Notes under the pieces: model-generated
The model's input: the letters and a program-made list of their open reading frames with translations, nothing else
Databases searched by the model: none
What the model was told of the DNA's origin: nothing
In this document: positions 41,340 through 54,141 of the stretch, one piece after another
Numbering within the stretch: position 1 is the first letter of the stretch
How the letters are laid out: every line of letters starts with the position of its first letter
Made by a program: the position numbers and the translations under genes
Origin: Potamilus streckersoni
Taxonomy: Eukaryota
DNA: 64,000 bases
NCBI GenBank assembly: GCA_016746295.1
Contig: JAEAOA010001547.1
Location: 855,988-919,987, forward strand
Reading direction: 5' to 3'

Positions 41340-42095
41340 TTATTCTATTCTGTTCTTCAGACCATTTCATTTAATGCCAGATCATTTGAAATCTAAATGC
41401 ATCATTTCATTTTTGACTATATTATTTCATACCAGTCATTTGGAATCAGAATTCATAAATCCGTTTTGTTTTTTAAATCATTTTGTTAATACCTCATCAT
41501 TTAGAATCTTAATTCATCATTTCATTTGTTTGTTAAATCATTTCATTTCATACTGCATAATTTTATTTAATAATACGTTTTTGTATTCAGAATACATGAA
41601 TCTATTTTGTACTTAAAATCATTGTAATACCAGATCATTCAGAATTTATATTCATCTTTTCATTTGTTGAATTAAATAATTTCATTTTAGTGTACATCAT
41701 TTTTTAAATACCACATCATTTGGAATCAGATACATCATCAATACATTTTGTTCTTTAAATCATTTCATTTAACACCCAGTCAATTAGAATCTGATTTCAT
41801 TATTTTTTTCAATCATTTCATTTCATGCTACATCATTTCATATCACACAACATCATTTGGAATCTAAATTCATCATTCCATTTGTTGGTTTAAATCATTT
41901 CATTTCACAATACATTTCATTTAAAACTACATCATTTGGAATCTAAATTCATCATTCAGTTTTGTTCGTTAAATTATATCATATGACACATCATTTGGAA
42001 TCTGGATATATCATTTCATTTGCTAGATTAAATCATTTGATTTCACACTATATCATTTGATTAATGTAATTTTGGCAGTGACAGCTGCCCATACA
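41340..42095. repeat. The same satellite in the opposite orientation (catcatttggaatct...aatcatttcatttca units); right arm of the inverted repeat
   Basis: Reverse complement of the 38141-38770 array; ends taatgtaattttggcagtgacagctgcccata. A short stretch of the same satellite (40225-40273) lies on the other side of the piggyBac-like insertion, so that element landed inside the array. Confidence 0.7.
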
Positions 42096-42813
42096 TAACA
42101 AGCAAAGCATGCCTCCAGCCAATGTAGTTATTAGAACATTTTTCATATTGATGTTTGATGTCTGAACAATCTGTGAGAGACTTATTATATCAACGATCTG
42201 TCAGGCAAATGCTAAGTAATAAAAACATTTTTTTTCTTCAATATTTACTATGTGCTAAAATTTAAAACCATCATGCAGGCATTAAAAATAATTTTTTGTT
42301 AAATACTGGTGAACAAAAATCAGCTGATACCATTTACACACAATGTACTGCACACCATAAACCATTTATAAAGACAGAAAAGTTCACAGAAACCTATTAT
42401 CCGTTTCATTCTGTTCTGAAAATTGTGGTTTTCAGGTACATTTATTTATTAATTGTCATCTCGAAGGGATTTTGCTATTTGTACTCAAATATTCACCATA
42501 AAACATTTGTGGAGGGTAGAGAACATTAAGTTTTAGATTAATCAGTTATACATGCCCCAAAACTGACAGATGACACAGTCAAATTTTGTAAAAGATTCTT
42601 ACAGTTATTAAGTGGTTTGTTAGCTATTCAATCTTAGTGATGGAAACTGATGAAATCTGAGGCAGACAAATTTTTGTCATCGAGTCTGCATCCAGACTTA
42701 AGAGAGAATTTGAGCCATTTAGTGAAAATGGAGTCAGTCTTTCAACACAGGTGTCTTAGAAATGTATAATATGTTATTCTAAAGAAATGTAAATTTGATA
42801 AGATTTGAATTAC

Positions 42814-42924
42814 CTTAACCAACTTTTTCTTCCCAAGCTGAGGTCGCCCCTTGTCATCAACTGGGTCCAGGATGACACAATACTGACGATTAGTCAAGGT
42901 CGTGATGTTGACAACTCGAACTAC
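42814..42924 (-). CDS. MVP: Major vault protein exon
   Basis: [37 protein letters not shown] matches human [37 protein letters not shown]. Acceptor aatgtAG|GTAGTT, donor AAG|GTAATT. Confidence 0.8.
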
Positions 42925-43619
42925 CTACATTTAATTTCAGAACAGACTATGATAAATTATGGAAATGTCATATGCAACCTCTCACAATAGTCACTTACCC
43001 TAAACAGGAGTCTCTTATAACAATCCTGGTACCAGTTTTCTGATTTTTAATACCTACATTCAACTATCACCTCCATTAAATAAAGAATATAATCTGTTTC
43101 CACAGCTGGCTGCTTTAAAGAAGTTGAACTTCACTTTTTAAATAAAAAGTTTGTGAAAGAAAAATATTAGATATTTTTGACAACAGATGCTAAAAACAAA
43201 ATTAGTGAGGAAAGAGCTGGTCTACATTGATATAAAAGAATCTTCCTCATCATAAAATATTAAAGGAATAATTTCTTTTTTACATGTGCATATTCCGGAT
43301 AAAGCATGTCTTTTAATTAATATATTCAAGAGAACTAGATAATGTGTCAAAAGAGAATCTGGAGTTAATTTAACTTGTTACAAGTCTTAGAATGCTCTTA
43401 ATAATAAGTAACAGGAAAGAGTGAAAAGTAATCACAGTAATATAACTACAGGTTTGAATTCACAATAAATTCCAGTGAATTTTATTAAAGTACTTTTGTA
43501 TTTCAAGAAAAAACAATCAATTGAATTCAATAATATACCATACACATTAGCTGAGTCCAAAATTAATTAAAGTGGTGAAGAATGTACACAAAATGATACT
43601 TAACTTATATAAGTTACTT

Positions 43620-46100
43620 AACCTTTTGCAGTCATGAATAATTATTAATCCCAGATTAATAGGCATTACGATCAATACAAGGGACTCATCCCTGCATTTT
43701 GTCAAAATCAATTTACCATGTGATCTAGCAGACAATTTTGGGGAATTTGTAAATTATTGGGGCAAAATTAATTCTTTTGTAGAAAATGCTAATACAATAA
43801 ATGCTTATGTAATTGGATACTGGAATGCTAATACACTCAAATCCACTCCCTTTGGAGATGAACTTCACCTATTCTGTGACGAATATGGTTATATCATATC
43901 GGACTTAAAACTAATAGTTGACAACACAAAACATTTTACTTACATTAGTGATTCATACAATACAGTGTCTTGGTTGAATCATTGTGTCTCTATACAATCT
44001 GCTCATTATGCTATAAGTGATATGAGAATACACACCCTAGTAGGGTCCAACCATCGCCCTGTTTTAATGACTATCAAGACTGATCTACTTCCTAGATTGG
44101 ATTCTTGCCAAATGAACTCTCAAACTTGAAATACAACATTAATTGGTCAGACCATACTTCTGATGCAAAACTGAATTCTACTCAAACATCTGCATTTTTT
44201 TATTAAACAAGATTGAGTTCCTACATGGTGTTGCGATCAGTAATGACCATGGTTGCACTAATCAGGTACATATGAAACAGATAAATGGTTTAAACACTGA
44301 TGTAGCAAAAGTTCTATCGAAATCCATTTAATAGATTGACTAGAAAATCCAAACATGACCACCAAGTTATACCAGGCTGGAATGTTGTTGTTGTTGGACT
44401 TAACGCCATTTTTCAGCACATGATAGGCTATTCATGGCGGCCAGTATTAATGGTGGAGGAAGAAATCGGGAAATCACCGGAAAGAACCACTGACCCACGA
44501 GAAGCTACTGGCAAGCTTTCTCACATATCCACATTCGCCGAATCCTAGACTCGAACACACGCAGACAGAGGTGAGATGGCAGTGATCAGTAACAGACAGC
44601 GCTTTAGACCACTCGGCCACTCGGGGCCCCCAGGCTGGAATGACTGTGTCAAAGAACTACACGACTTTGCACGAAATGCTTATCTAATGTGGTGTGATAA
44701 CCGTAAACCTCATCATGGACAATTAAGTAACTGAATGTGCCAAACAAGAGCATAATTTAAGTATGCTCTTAGGTTATGCAAGAAGGACGAAGTAAAACAG
44801 CAGACCCACTAGCACAAAAATTTGAAAATGTCGACCAACATAAATTCTGGAAGCAAGTTAATGTACTACGACAACTTCCAATAATTTAACAATCTGCATT
44901 GATAAATAATATATGCAAATTAATATATGCAACAAGTAGAAAAAATCATTTTGAAGACTTACTCAATAGTGTCAAAAACATATCGAATTAGAAGTGTATT
45001 ACTTCATAATTGAATATCCCTTCTGCTCATATTAAAGTAATCACATTATTTGAGATCCAAAATGCAATAACAAAACAAAAAAGTGGTAAATGTCCAGGAT
45101 CAAATTTTTTATATGTGGAACATTTTAAATTTTCAGATTCTAGATTTCATGGGCTATTAATGGTTTTATTTAATGATATGTTTGTGCATAACTTTGTACC
45201 AGATGATTTCACAAAAGTTACAATTATACCATTACTAAAAAGCAAAATTGGTAATCTAGTGGACAAAAATAACTACAGACCTATAGCTGTTACGACTATT
45301 ATCTCAAAAATATTCAAATGCATCATACTACAAAGATGCAAAGTCACAATCTCCTATAATCAGTTTGGATTTAAAAAGCAACATTCTACAGATTTATGAC
45401 TATATGCCTTTAAGGAAACCGTCAGCTATTATGTGGAACATGGCAGCCCAGTATTTGTATGCTTTTTAGACACTAGTAAGGCATTTGATATGGTCAATCA
45501 TTGGACACTCTTCAAAAAGTTGCTGGAAATTAAAATACCTGTACATGTATACATAGTTCATTCTTTAGTCAACTGGTATGGCAAACATGTATACATAGTT
45601 CATTCTTTAGTCAACTGGTATGGCAAACAGATGTATTATGTGCAATGGGGAAGTGTAATATCCAGCACTTTGCATGTAACCTATGGTGTGAGGTAGGGAG
45701 GTATTCTTTCCCCTATCATATTTAATATTTACATAAAGGAGTTAAATCATATATAGAGCCAGTGTTACATAGGGTTACGTCTGCCACCTTATCCGCCGTT
45801 TCTTAACAATTTTAGTTTTGATGATGATATGTTTATGATAAGTCCTTTGATCGCAGGTTTAAGAAAATTATTGAAGATATGTAAACAATATGCATTAGAG
45901 AATGATATCTATAATACATAAAAGTCAGTCTGCATGGTCTTTTAGCCAACTTCTTTTAAATTACCAACAAGGTTCTCTGTACATCTTAACGACAATGCTC
46001 TTGAGTATGTCGACAGTTATTTGTATTTGGGCCATATTTAGAAAGCCAATCACTCAGATAATAAAGATGGGACATTATCGATATTTGTGTACTTGAACAA
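43620..46100 (+). mobile_element. Non-LTR retrotransposon (LINE family B) fragment: endonuclease C-terminus, linker and reverse transcriptase; interrupted by a SINE insertion at 44385-44628
   Basis: Endonuclease end ...FCDEYGYIISDLKLIVDNTKHFTYISDSYNTVSWLNHCVSIQSAHYAISDMRIHTLVGSNHRPVLMTI. Linker PGWN|SINE|DCVKELHDFARNAYLMWCDNRKPHHG. RT KQKSGKCPGSNFLYVEHFKF...NNYRPIAVTTIISKIFKCII...QFGFKKQHST, FLDTSKAFDMVNHWTLFKKL and GVRQGGILSPIIFNIYIKEL. A perfect 37-bp tandem duplication lies inside the RT (45541-45620). Stops and frameshifts make it a dead copy. Confidence 0.75.
44385..44628 (-). mobile_element. tRNA-derived SINE, family 1, copy 2, nested inside LINE family B and flanked by a 13-bp target-site duplication
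   Basis: Minus-strand head GGGGGCCCCGAGTGGCCGAGTGGTCTAAAGCGCTGTC...GTGTTCGAGTCTAGGATTCGGCGAATGTGG resembles a tRNA-Leu/Ser D-arm (GTGGCCGAGTGGTCTAAGGCGC) and T-arm. A (CAA)n-like tail lies at the low-coordinate end. CCAGGCTGGAATG is directly repeated at 44372-44384 and 44629-44641. Confidence 0.8.
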
Positions 46101-46134
46101 ACATGCTTCTATGCAAATTTAAACCTTGTTCATT

Positions 46135-46450
46135 GTGATGTGATTATGATTTTTAACGTAGCTTTAACAATTTTTTTATTCATATAGTTACGATGTCCGC
46201 AGTGTGAAAGTTTATAGTGATGTCTAGCACTTGGGTATCATGCCACCAACATGTAGCATGATGTCCCTCCCAGTCACATTATCCTGACACCAGGCTGACT
46301 AGTCATAACAATAATATCTTAATGCTGAGCGTCAAGAGAGACAGCTGTTAGAACCATTTTTGTAAGTCTTTGGTATGACTCAACCAGGGAACCCACGACC
46401 ACCCGCATCTGAGGTGGATGCTCTAACCACTAGGCCACTGGAGCGGTCCC
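46135..46450 (-). mobile_element. tRNA-derived SINE, family 2, copy 3, abutting the 3' end of LINE family B
   Basis: Minus-strand head GGACCGCTCCAGTGGCCTAGTGGTTAGAGCATCCACCTCAGATGCGGGTGGTCGTGGGTTCCCTGGTTGAGTC. Body and tail align with the other two copies. Confidence 0.7.
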
Positions 46451-49400
46451 TTGTTTATTGAGTATCAAAATTAGATTATTCAAATCTTCTGCATTATGTT
46501 TTGTGCTTCACTGAACAGTACCTCCAACATGTTTGTAAATTATAATGTATTCAGTTTTGAGGAAATAATGAGAAATTAATGTATTCTCAATGATAACAAG
46601 ACTAATAGTGAGAACTGTATATTGAAATCACTTTGGAACTATGACATTCATTTAAATTCTCATATTATTAGTAGATGGAACAAATTACTCTTTAAATGTG
46701 CCACTTAATTTCATTTTTAACAATGCAGGGCGCAATTAATTGTTGTAGATGTATACTTGCACATATGATATAATGGTTCTTTTATGTTTACAATGTTTTA
46801 CTTTATATCCGTATTTTAATTTAAATGTATGGACTATGCAGTCTGAAATAAAGAATTCTATTCTTATCTTTTTAATCATTTATCTATTTTTCTTTAAATT
46901 AGAATTCAATGGAGACACCTGTAGCAGGCAAATGCATTTGTTTAGGTCAGTAGCAAGGAAAAAATACTATGATAATTCGCCTTCTACAGATCAGCAAATA
47001 CAAGATGGCTGACTTGGTTTGAAATTTGCCTCCATCTCCACAAATATTCCATGCTGATTTGTCCTGTCAGCATGCTCAGACACTGACAACATAAAGGTGA
47101 CATTATATTTTTGTTCCCAATGTATGATTTAAGTACTCTACTGATCATATAATAACCACTATTATACAAAATGTTGTTGCTTCGTCTTGTCTACTTGTAT
47201 TGAATATGAGGGCTACTTTCCATGTACAATGCAGTAAAATACATATAAAATTCTGACTGGTGATTATTGTTTCTGAGTAAAACAAAAACCACCAATCAGA
47301 ATTAACTATAGTTTATTCAATGCATGACACACCAGATGTATGGCATCAAAACTCAATAGAACTAGAAACAAAACAACTAAAAAACTTGGTGCAAAAGTGA
47401 CTATATAAAGTACTTAAATCATACAAGTTTTAAATATTGCCTTTTACTGATATATACAATCAGCAAGTGAACATGCCAATGAGATGAAATAAAACTTAGC
47501 ACATATAATCAGCAAGAGGGCAGATTTCAAACTGCAGGAGTTATAGTCACCTTGTTAATTTTTAAAAGGGGAGTCTGTTTTTAATAATTTTCTTTTTTCA
47601 TTCACAGAAATGTCTGTATCTGCTGCAGTTGTTTTGCATCTGCAGAAGTACAATTTGAAGAATTTGGCCATTTGGTCATCTCCAATCACATTCTAGGACT
47701 TGTTCTGGTTAAAATTTTCTTGCATGAGGAATTTTCACTTTCTTCTGTTTTGAAAATAGTTCCTTAATTCCTTCCAAATTTAAGTGATTACATAAAATTA
47801 ATAATAAAATATTTTAAAAACATTCTTGTAGTGCAAAACAAAACACACAGAGACCAAGTTGAACCCTGCACTTTGGAACAGCTTGAAATAACTTGCTGAG
47901 CTGAATAAAACTCAATGACATTTAACAGGTAGTCTGTCTACAAGTCTTTTTTTTTTTAAATCTTGTCACGGATGAGAATGGGATATGAACAGATAAGACA
48001 ATGTTGGTCTGTAATCTGCATACAATTAATAAATCCAGTGTTAACACATAAAATGGTACCACACCACTGCTTAGGGACCATCTAAATCTTAAAAACCATG
48101 AAGTTGATAGGTGATATATTCACCCATAATAATTACCTCTTTTAAACAACAAAAAAAATCTGTCGCCACAGATGGCTGTTTTAGTGAAGAAGAACTTTAC
48201 TTTTTATGAAAAAAGCTCAATAACAAATTTACTATTTCTGACTAGGGACATTAACAAGAATTCCTTCATTGGACTGATGTTAAAGTGACTGGAAAGAAGA
48301 ATGGAACACAAGACTGTTTCCTCTATCCTTGTATTCTTTTAAACTGCGGAGTAATGAATCCATCTGTTATCCTTGAGAAACTTCAACATACCAAATATAT
48401 AACAAAATATTTTCTTACATTTCTAATATGTTCAAATGATACCTCTAAGTACAGTACAAAAGTCTTTGCATGACCTTTCACCTTCAACCTGATATAAAGA
48501 ACAGAAACTAAACGAAAAATCAATTGACATCAGAAAATGTCAAAATATACATACATGCTATGTAAAACAAATAAACATTAATTTTAGAGAACCAACCAAA
48601 CTCTTAAAGTCATTTAAATGGAATCATCCAAGGCATTCATCAGCCATAACCACGTTTGAAAAAAATTACTTCATACTTGTTTTGTGCTATCATGTTCACA
48701 AACCAGTATAACTAAAATTAAACCCTTCATGACACTTTTTTAAAAAAATTAATATTGGAATCCTGACAGTCAATTTGTTTATTGAATTAAATGCTGCCTG
48801 AAGTATTTTAGTTAAAACTCCATGTGCATGTCACATGAATGTTATTCATGCAAGAGGCAGTGTTTCAGATGGGTGTTAGTTCTCACACAATGACCAATAA
48901 TTCAGTGGAGAGTATAGATAGGTTAAAATAGTAGTCAAAATCACATTTTATCACTATGTTTTGTGAGTAGGTTTCTGATGTAATGTAAGCTAATGCTCCC
49001 AATACTTCTTTACATATCTGGTTGGTTACATAAAGTTGCTTTTGTTTCAATGAATCTCCTCATGCTGACCAATGGCAGTACACTTTAGAAGTAAAGTTAA
49101 GTGTCATAGCAAAATGGTGCTGCTCATCAACAAGTGAATTGCAGTAACTCTCCAAATGTAGTTGTCACAATTTTAGATTTTATTCATGGTTTCAAATTTA
49201 TTTTGGTTAATTTTCCTACTGCATTCTCTGGTTATTGCTGAAAAATAATACTCTTATCTTTCTTTTAAATTTTATCTTATTGTAGTTTTAAATAATTACT
49301 TTCTCCTCATACTTAAAAAAATACTATTTTCCATTTTTGTCACTTTGAAAGTAAAAAATTCATGGATCAATTTAAGACAATTTAAGTTCTACAAAACAAT

Positions 49401-50789
49401 TGTACAAATATGGCCAATGAAAGTAGTTTAATATTTTCAATAAGAACTGGATAAAAGAAAATTTCTACTGAAACAAATACATGTTACATGTGTATGGTAA
49501 ATTATATGTAAGTAAATACTTAAGTCATCAATTACATCTACAGTAAAGTATTATTTGCTGAAAAACAGTCTGATAATTAATGTGTCATGCAGATCATAAA
49601 CCAGTCTCATTTGTTATATTTAATGTTCTTTGGTTTTTGTTTTGCCAAATTTCTGAATAATAACAATTATCAGAACAAAGATAATTGACCTTAAGACAGA
49701 ATGGAGAAAGTAGGATTGTGTGCTCCGTAAAGAACACATTAGAAACTTTGCATATTGCCAAATTAGTGTTATAAGGGCGGTAACCCTGTGTACAATATAC
49801 ACCTCTGATGCACTGACTCTGTCACATGGGTTTCTGACTGGTTTTGGACCAGGACAAGGCCAGAAAGAGTCTGAAGCTTGGCTGTAGAATGTTATAGTGC
49901 AGTCCGGCCAAAACGGGCAATTTCACACCAGTTGATCTCTTGTTACTGTAGTGCATACATGACTATAAAGTCTCTTATTTTGTATTGCATCTTTTAAAAA
50001 AATGTCACACAAACTGTTTAAGCTGAATACTTTAAATGCTGCAGTTGTTCCATATTGCTTACTTCCAGAAATTTGCAACCATTAGAATTAGCTCTGTGAA
50101 CAAACATTGGTTTAGTTTAAAATTTCCTGTTATTACTAATGTGCTGCCCAGATGCTGAAGAGTGTAAACTCATGGATTGGTTTGATCCAAAGAAATACAA
50201 AAGACTAAGAAACTCAACTGGCTTGTGCCTGCATACAACCTTACCAAGTTTGCATTAGGATGGAAGGAGTGAAGTAGAGAACAAGGTTAGTTCTGTCATC
50301 AGTGGGGCCCACTCTACCTCTGCTAACAAAGGGAAATTTTGCTTACATACACAAATCTCAAGAAAGAAAAACAGAGGAGGCAGGTGTTTGTTCAGCAGGC
50401 ATTATTAACCAGAAGGGGTGATTTGATACACCTGTGCTGTGTATTAATATGATTACCATACACAGCCTATGATATATTATTGATACAAATATGAACTTGA
50501 TGGTCTTTCCATCTTTAGAAGATCTGTCAGTGGTAGGTCATGCCTTTTTATGTAATTTACTATATGTATTTCAGATTATAGACATACATATACATAGCAC
50601 CTACGTATTTTTTGATAGGGGCAACTGTGCAATCCAATATGGTGGTTAAAGACAGGCATGGTAACCTCAATTTCTAATGGACTGATCATATTTTAGACTA
50701 TTCCTATATACATGCAATACATTTTTATCAGAATGAAACTGAGTGCCCGCCCTAAATTTTTTATTAAAAAATGGATTTTTAACAAGAAA

Positions 50790-50930
50790 AACATACATTC
50801 ATATTCAGGCCCAAAATATGGGACAAATACAGGAAAAACAGGACACTTGGCAGCTATAGACATTGCAAAAAACTGTCATTCTGCAGACATTGTAGCATAG
50901 GACTAAAATTGTTAAAGCTACATTAAAAAT
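50790..50930 (+). repeat. Plus-strand fragment resembling the 3' tail of SINE family 2, possibly a shared LINE-derived tail
   Basis: ctgtcattctgcagacattgtagcataggactaaaattgttaaagctacattaaaaat matches the reverse complement of the SINE family 2 tail (...ctgcagacattgtagcaatatgactgaaaaattgttaaagctacattaaaaat). Confidence 0.35.
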
Positions 50931-53900
50931 AAAAAAACTAAAAAGCAAACACTGCCTTTTCCACATTTGCTGAAAGGGTAATTGATCGGCATACCATTTA
51001 TTTTTATCCATCTAGCATGTACATCAGTCATATTTAACACCATTTTTAGGGTTAAAATCACCCATTGGTATCTTCATTAACGTTTTTCCTAGTCCAATAA
51101 TTTGATATACTTCATAACATCAAAAATCATTGTCATCATAAAAATCATTAGACAGCATTTGCTGAACGAAATCTTTATCTGAAAGATGAAGCACAGTGGG
51201 AATCAAGTATTATGGGTTTTCTACACAGCCTTATTTTAAACATGCATTTGTAAAACTTCCTTGATGCAAGTTCATATTATGATATAATGCTTGTTTCCAG
51301 GGTATAATGTACCAATTAAATTTAGTTTAGCTACCTTTTATGTCATCTGACTAGCAATGCAAATGGCAAAATTCCAGGTCAAATTTCATCAACGCTTTAG
51401 TTCCATCTTGTCTGTCATCAGATCAAAGACATATAGAATGTTACACTCATAATTTCTGAGAAAATAAATCTTTTCCTATCAATTTCATGCATGTATTACA
51501 CAATGCAAGGGCATTCAAGTTCACTAGTTTGGCTAATATGTAGTTACCCTACGCCAACAACACATGGTGTCAGCGAATTAAAAATTTTTGAATGACAATT
51601 AGGCAAATGACTGATCCTACACAAATGTAAATGTCCAAATATCAAAAATGAGATGACAAGGATCAGAGGATTTTATGCCAAACAAGTTGTTGCAATAAAA
51701 TAATTACCATGGAATTGGCCGGGTTTGTTGGGGTAGGGAGCAATATTACAAACCACCTCACTTAGTGTAAATTTGTAGATGGTAAGTGAGTGTTGAAACT
51801 TCCTTTTCATTTTAATCAGTGTTTCCTGTTACACAAATTTGTGTGTTAGTGACGCACACTGACAAAAATGATGCACTTTTTGTTGACATGCATTTTTTTA
51901 ATGCAAAGGATTTGCATAGTGCAATAAGGATTTATTTAATATCCAATGCTTTGGATGAGGGATGGCATAGTGTATACTTTGAGCTTAAGTATAGTCTGGT
52001 TCCCCATTTTGTATGCTCCCTGCATTGCATTCTGCTCTGCTATACAGAGTATGCAAAACTGGGAACCAGGCTAACATAGTTAATGTTATGATGGAGTGGC
52101 TTCACCAAATCTCAGATTTCCATTGAGCTCATCAAGATGTCATTCAGATGTTTAACCTCAATGCTTGTTATACTAAAATCTGATCTCCACATTAAAACTG
52201 CTTGCACTAAGAGTCTGCCAAGAAAGTAAAAGAAGCAGAACACAAAAAAAGTGTAACTGTTAATCTTAACTTTAATGAAACATGGAGAAAATAATTCCCT
52301 TGACTGGAATATGGCACATCCATTGAGATTACCAGTGTGACTTCAGATTATGTGATTACGAAGACTGCAAAAGTGAATAATCCTTTCATGACAGGGTTAA
52401 AGAATTTTAAAAAGTTTGCCCTTGTTTGCCACAAGATATCTGGAGTACACATTATCACCCAAGACATTCTTTCACAAAAGCAAAAAAAAAAGAAATTAGT
52501 AAACTTGCGGAAGCATATGCGTTATTGGGTTTACAAAGTCAGGGGTCATTGCAGATTTTGTTAATTTTTTAACTCTGCTGCAGTAAAAGAAAGATCTAAA
52601 AAGTTCAAGTGTAACTTGAAGATGAATCATTAGGCTCTTTTTTTAATAAATGTGTTTATGGACAAAGAACAATGAAACTAATGATAGTATACATTTTATG
52701 ACAGGCAGTAAATTACCTGTGATTTGGTTATAAAGATTTATTTGGTTTTTTGTATTGGCTTATATGTTCAAGTCTATATTATTGCTACAAAAAGATTATA
52801 AAGAAATTGTTAAATGTATGACTTTAAACTAAAAAATAAAAATGAACTATTAAAATTATTTTTTGAATGAATAACACATTGGTGTGTTAATTGTACATGT
52901 TGGTTTATTTTTATTTTTAGAGAGAGAATATGGTGCAAGTTGCAATATCTTATTTCAAGCTGAAAAAGTACAGGTCAGATGAAAATATGTCAGTACATTT
53001 TTAACCCTCTCTTTTTATTTGACCTCCCCTCCTAGTTCTGACACCAAAGGGTTTTTAACTTTCGATATTACCCCCTTGGGGGATACCAGTTTAACTAACA
53101 AATATGAGTGTATGTGCCTGCAACAGCTGTTTCAGATGAATTCTCACTATAAAGACTAACAAGGCAAGTTACTATTACAATTTTTTATGAATGCTGAAGA
53201 TTAAAATAACTTGTATACTGTATAATTTTGTATTAGTTTTCCACCATTTGTATCAATATGTGTGTCATTATACAAAGGAATCTATGCATCAATATATCGT
53301 TGAATCATTTGACATCCCTAGTAATCTGTTACAGAAATTATATTCCATCCTGTCCAATGTGTGTGGCCTAGACAGACTGGTTACCTTAGTCACGAAAGAG
53401 AAACGGCCATTCCATGTAACCTTAGTGCTTGTGCTGCTGTTCATATACCAGAATTTAGTTATTGAACAACTGGGTGCATCAAACTGGCCAGCTTGAATCA
53501 CTATTAATGTTTGTTATTTCAGAAGTAAATACCAGATGCGGACTTATCAAAATCTGCCAGTAAAAAATACAATGAAGTACTAGAACTGTACTGGAATTTA
53601 TTATGAGAAAACACAGACATCATTATATTTAATTTACAATTACACATTATGTATTACATGTATAAACAATCAATTATCAGCAGGAGTCACACACATACTT
53701 TGGTCATTTACTAATATGTTTTTAAAAGTAAGCTCCTTTATGTCGATCCAGGATTGTATTTACCTAAAAAGTAATAAAAACCTCAATACTGTATTTAATC
53801 TAAATACATACTAACATTAATTTACAATTTGAATGGAAATACAAAAATACAGAGAAAAAAAAACACAGATGCATGGATATGAACACGGATACTAAGTAAC

Positions 53901-54017
53901 TGCTATATTGAGCTTCTGCCAAAGTTGTCTCGACAATGCATACAAAATAAATAGATGACAAATTTAAATTCGTTATATTTCAATGAAAGTGGTTTTGAGC
54001 TTGTACTAAAACCTACC

Positions 54018-54141
54018 TCTTCATACACTCCAGGAATATGGGTTTCTGTGTCATTCATGGTGATCAGCCATTCTTCACCATTCTTCCTGGTCACACCAAA
54101 GTCATCTTTAAATGTTCTCAGAGACCTCAGGTGAAGAGCTT
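54018..54141 (-). CDS. MVP: Major vault protein exon (repeat domain)
   Basis: KALHLRSLRTFKDDFGVTRKNGEEWLITMNDTETHIPGVYEE matches human [42 protein letters not shown]. Acceptor caaacAG|AAAGCT, donor GAG|GTAGGT. Confidence 0.85.

Noticed and set aside
44500-44632. Possible tRNA genes at the tRNA-like segments (also 13680-13760, 26190-26262, 32540-32612, 46380-46450)
   Set aside because: They have tRNA-like A and B boxes but are fused to 150-250 bp non-tRNA bodies. They cannot fold into a complete cloverleaf with an acceptor stem and CCA-compatible end, and they recur as dispersed repeats, so they are SINE heads rather than tRNA genes.
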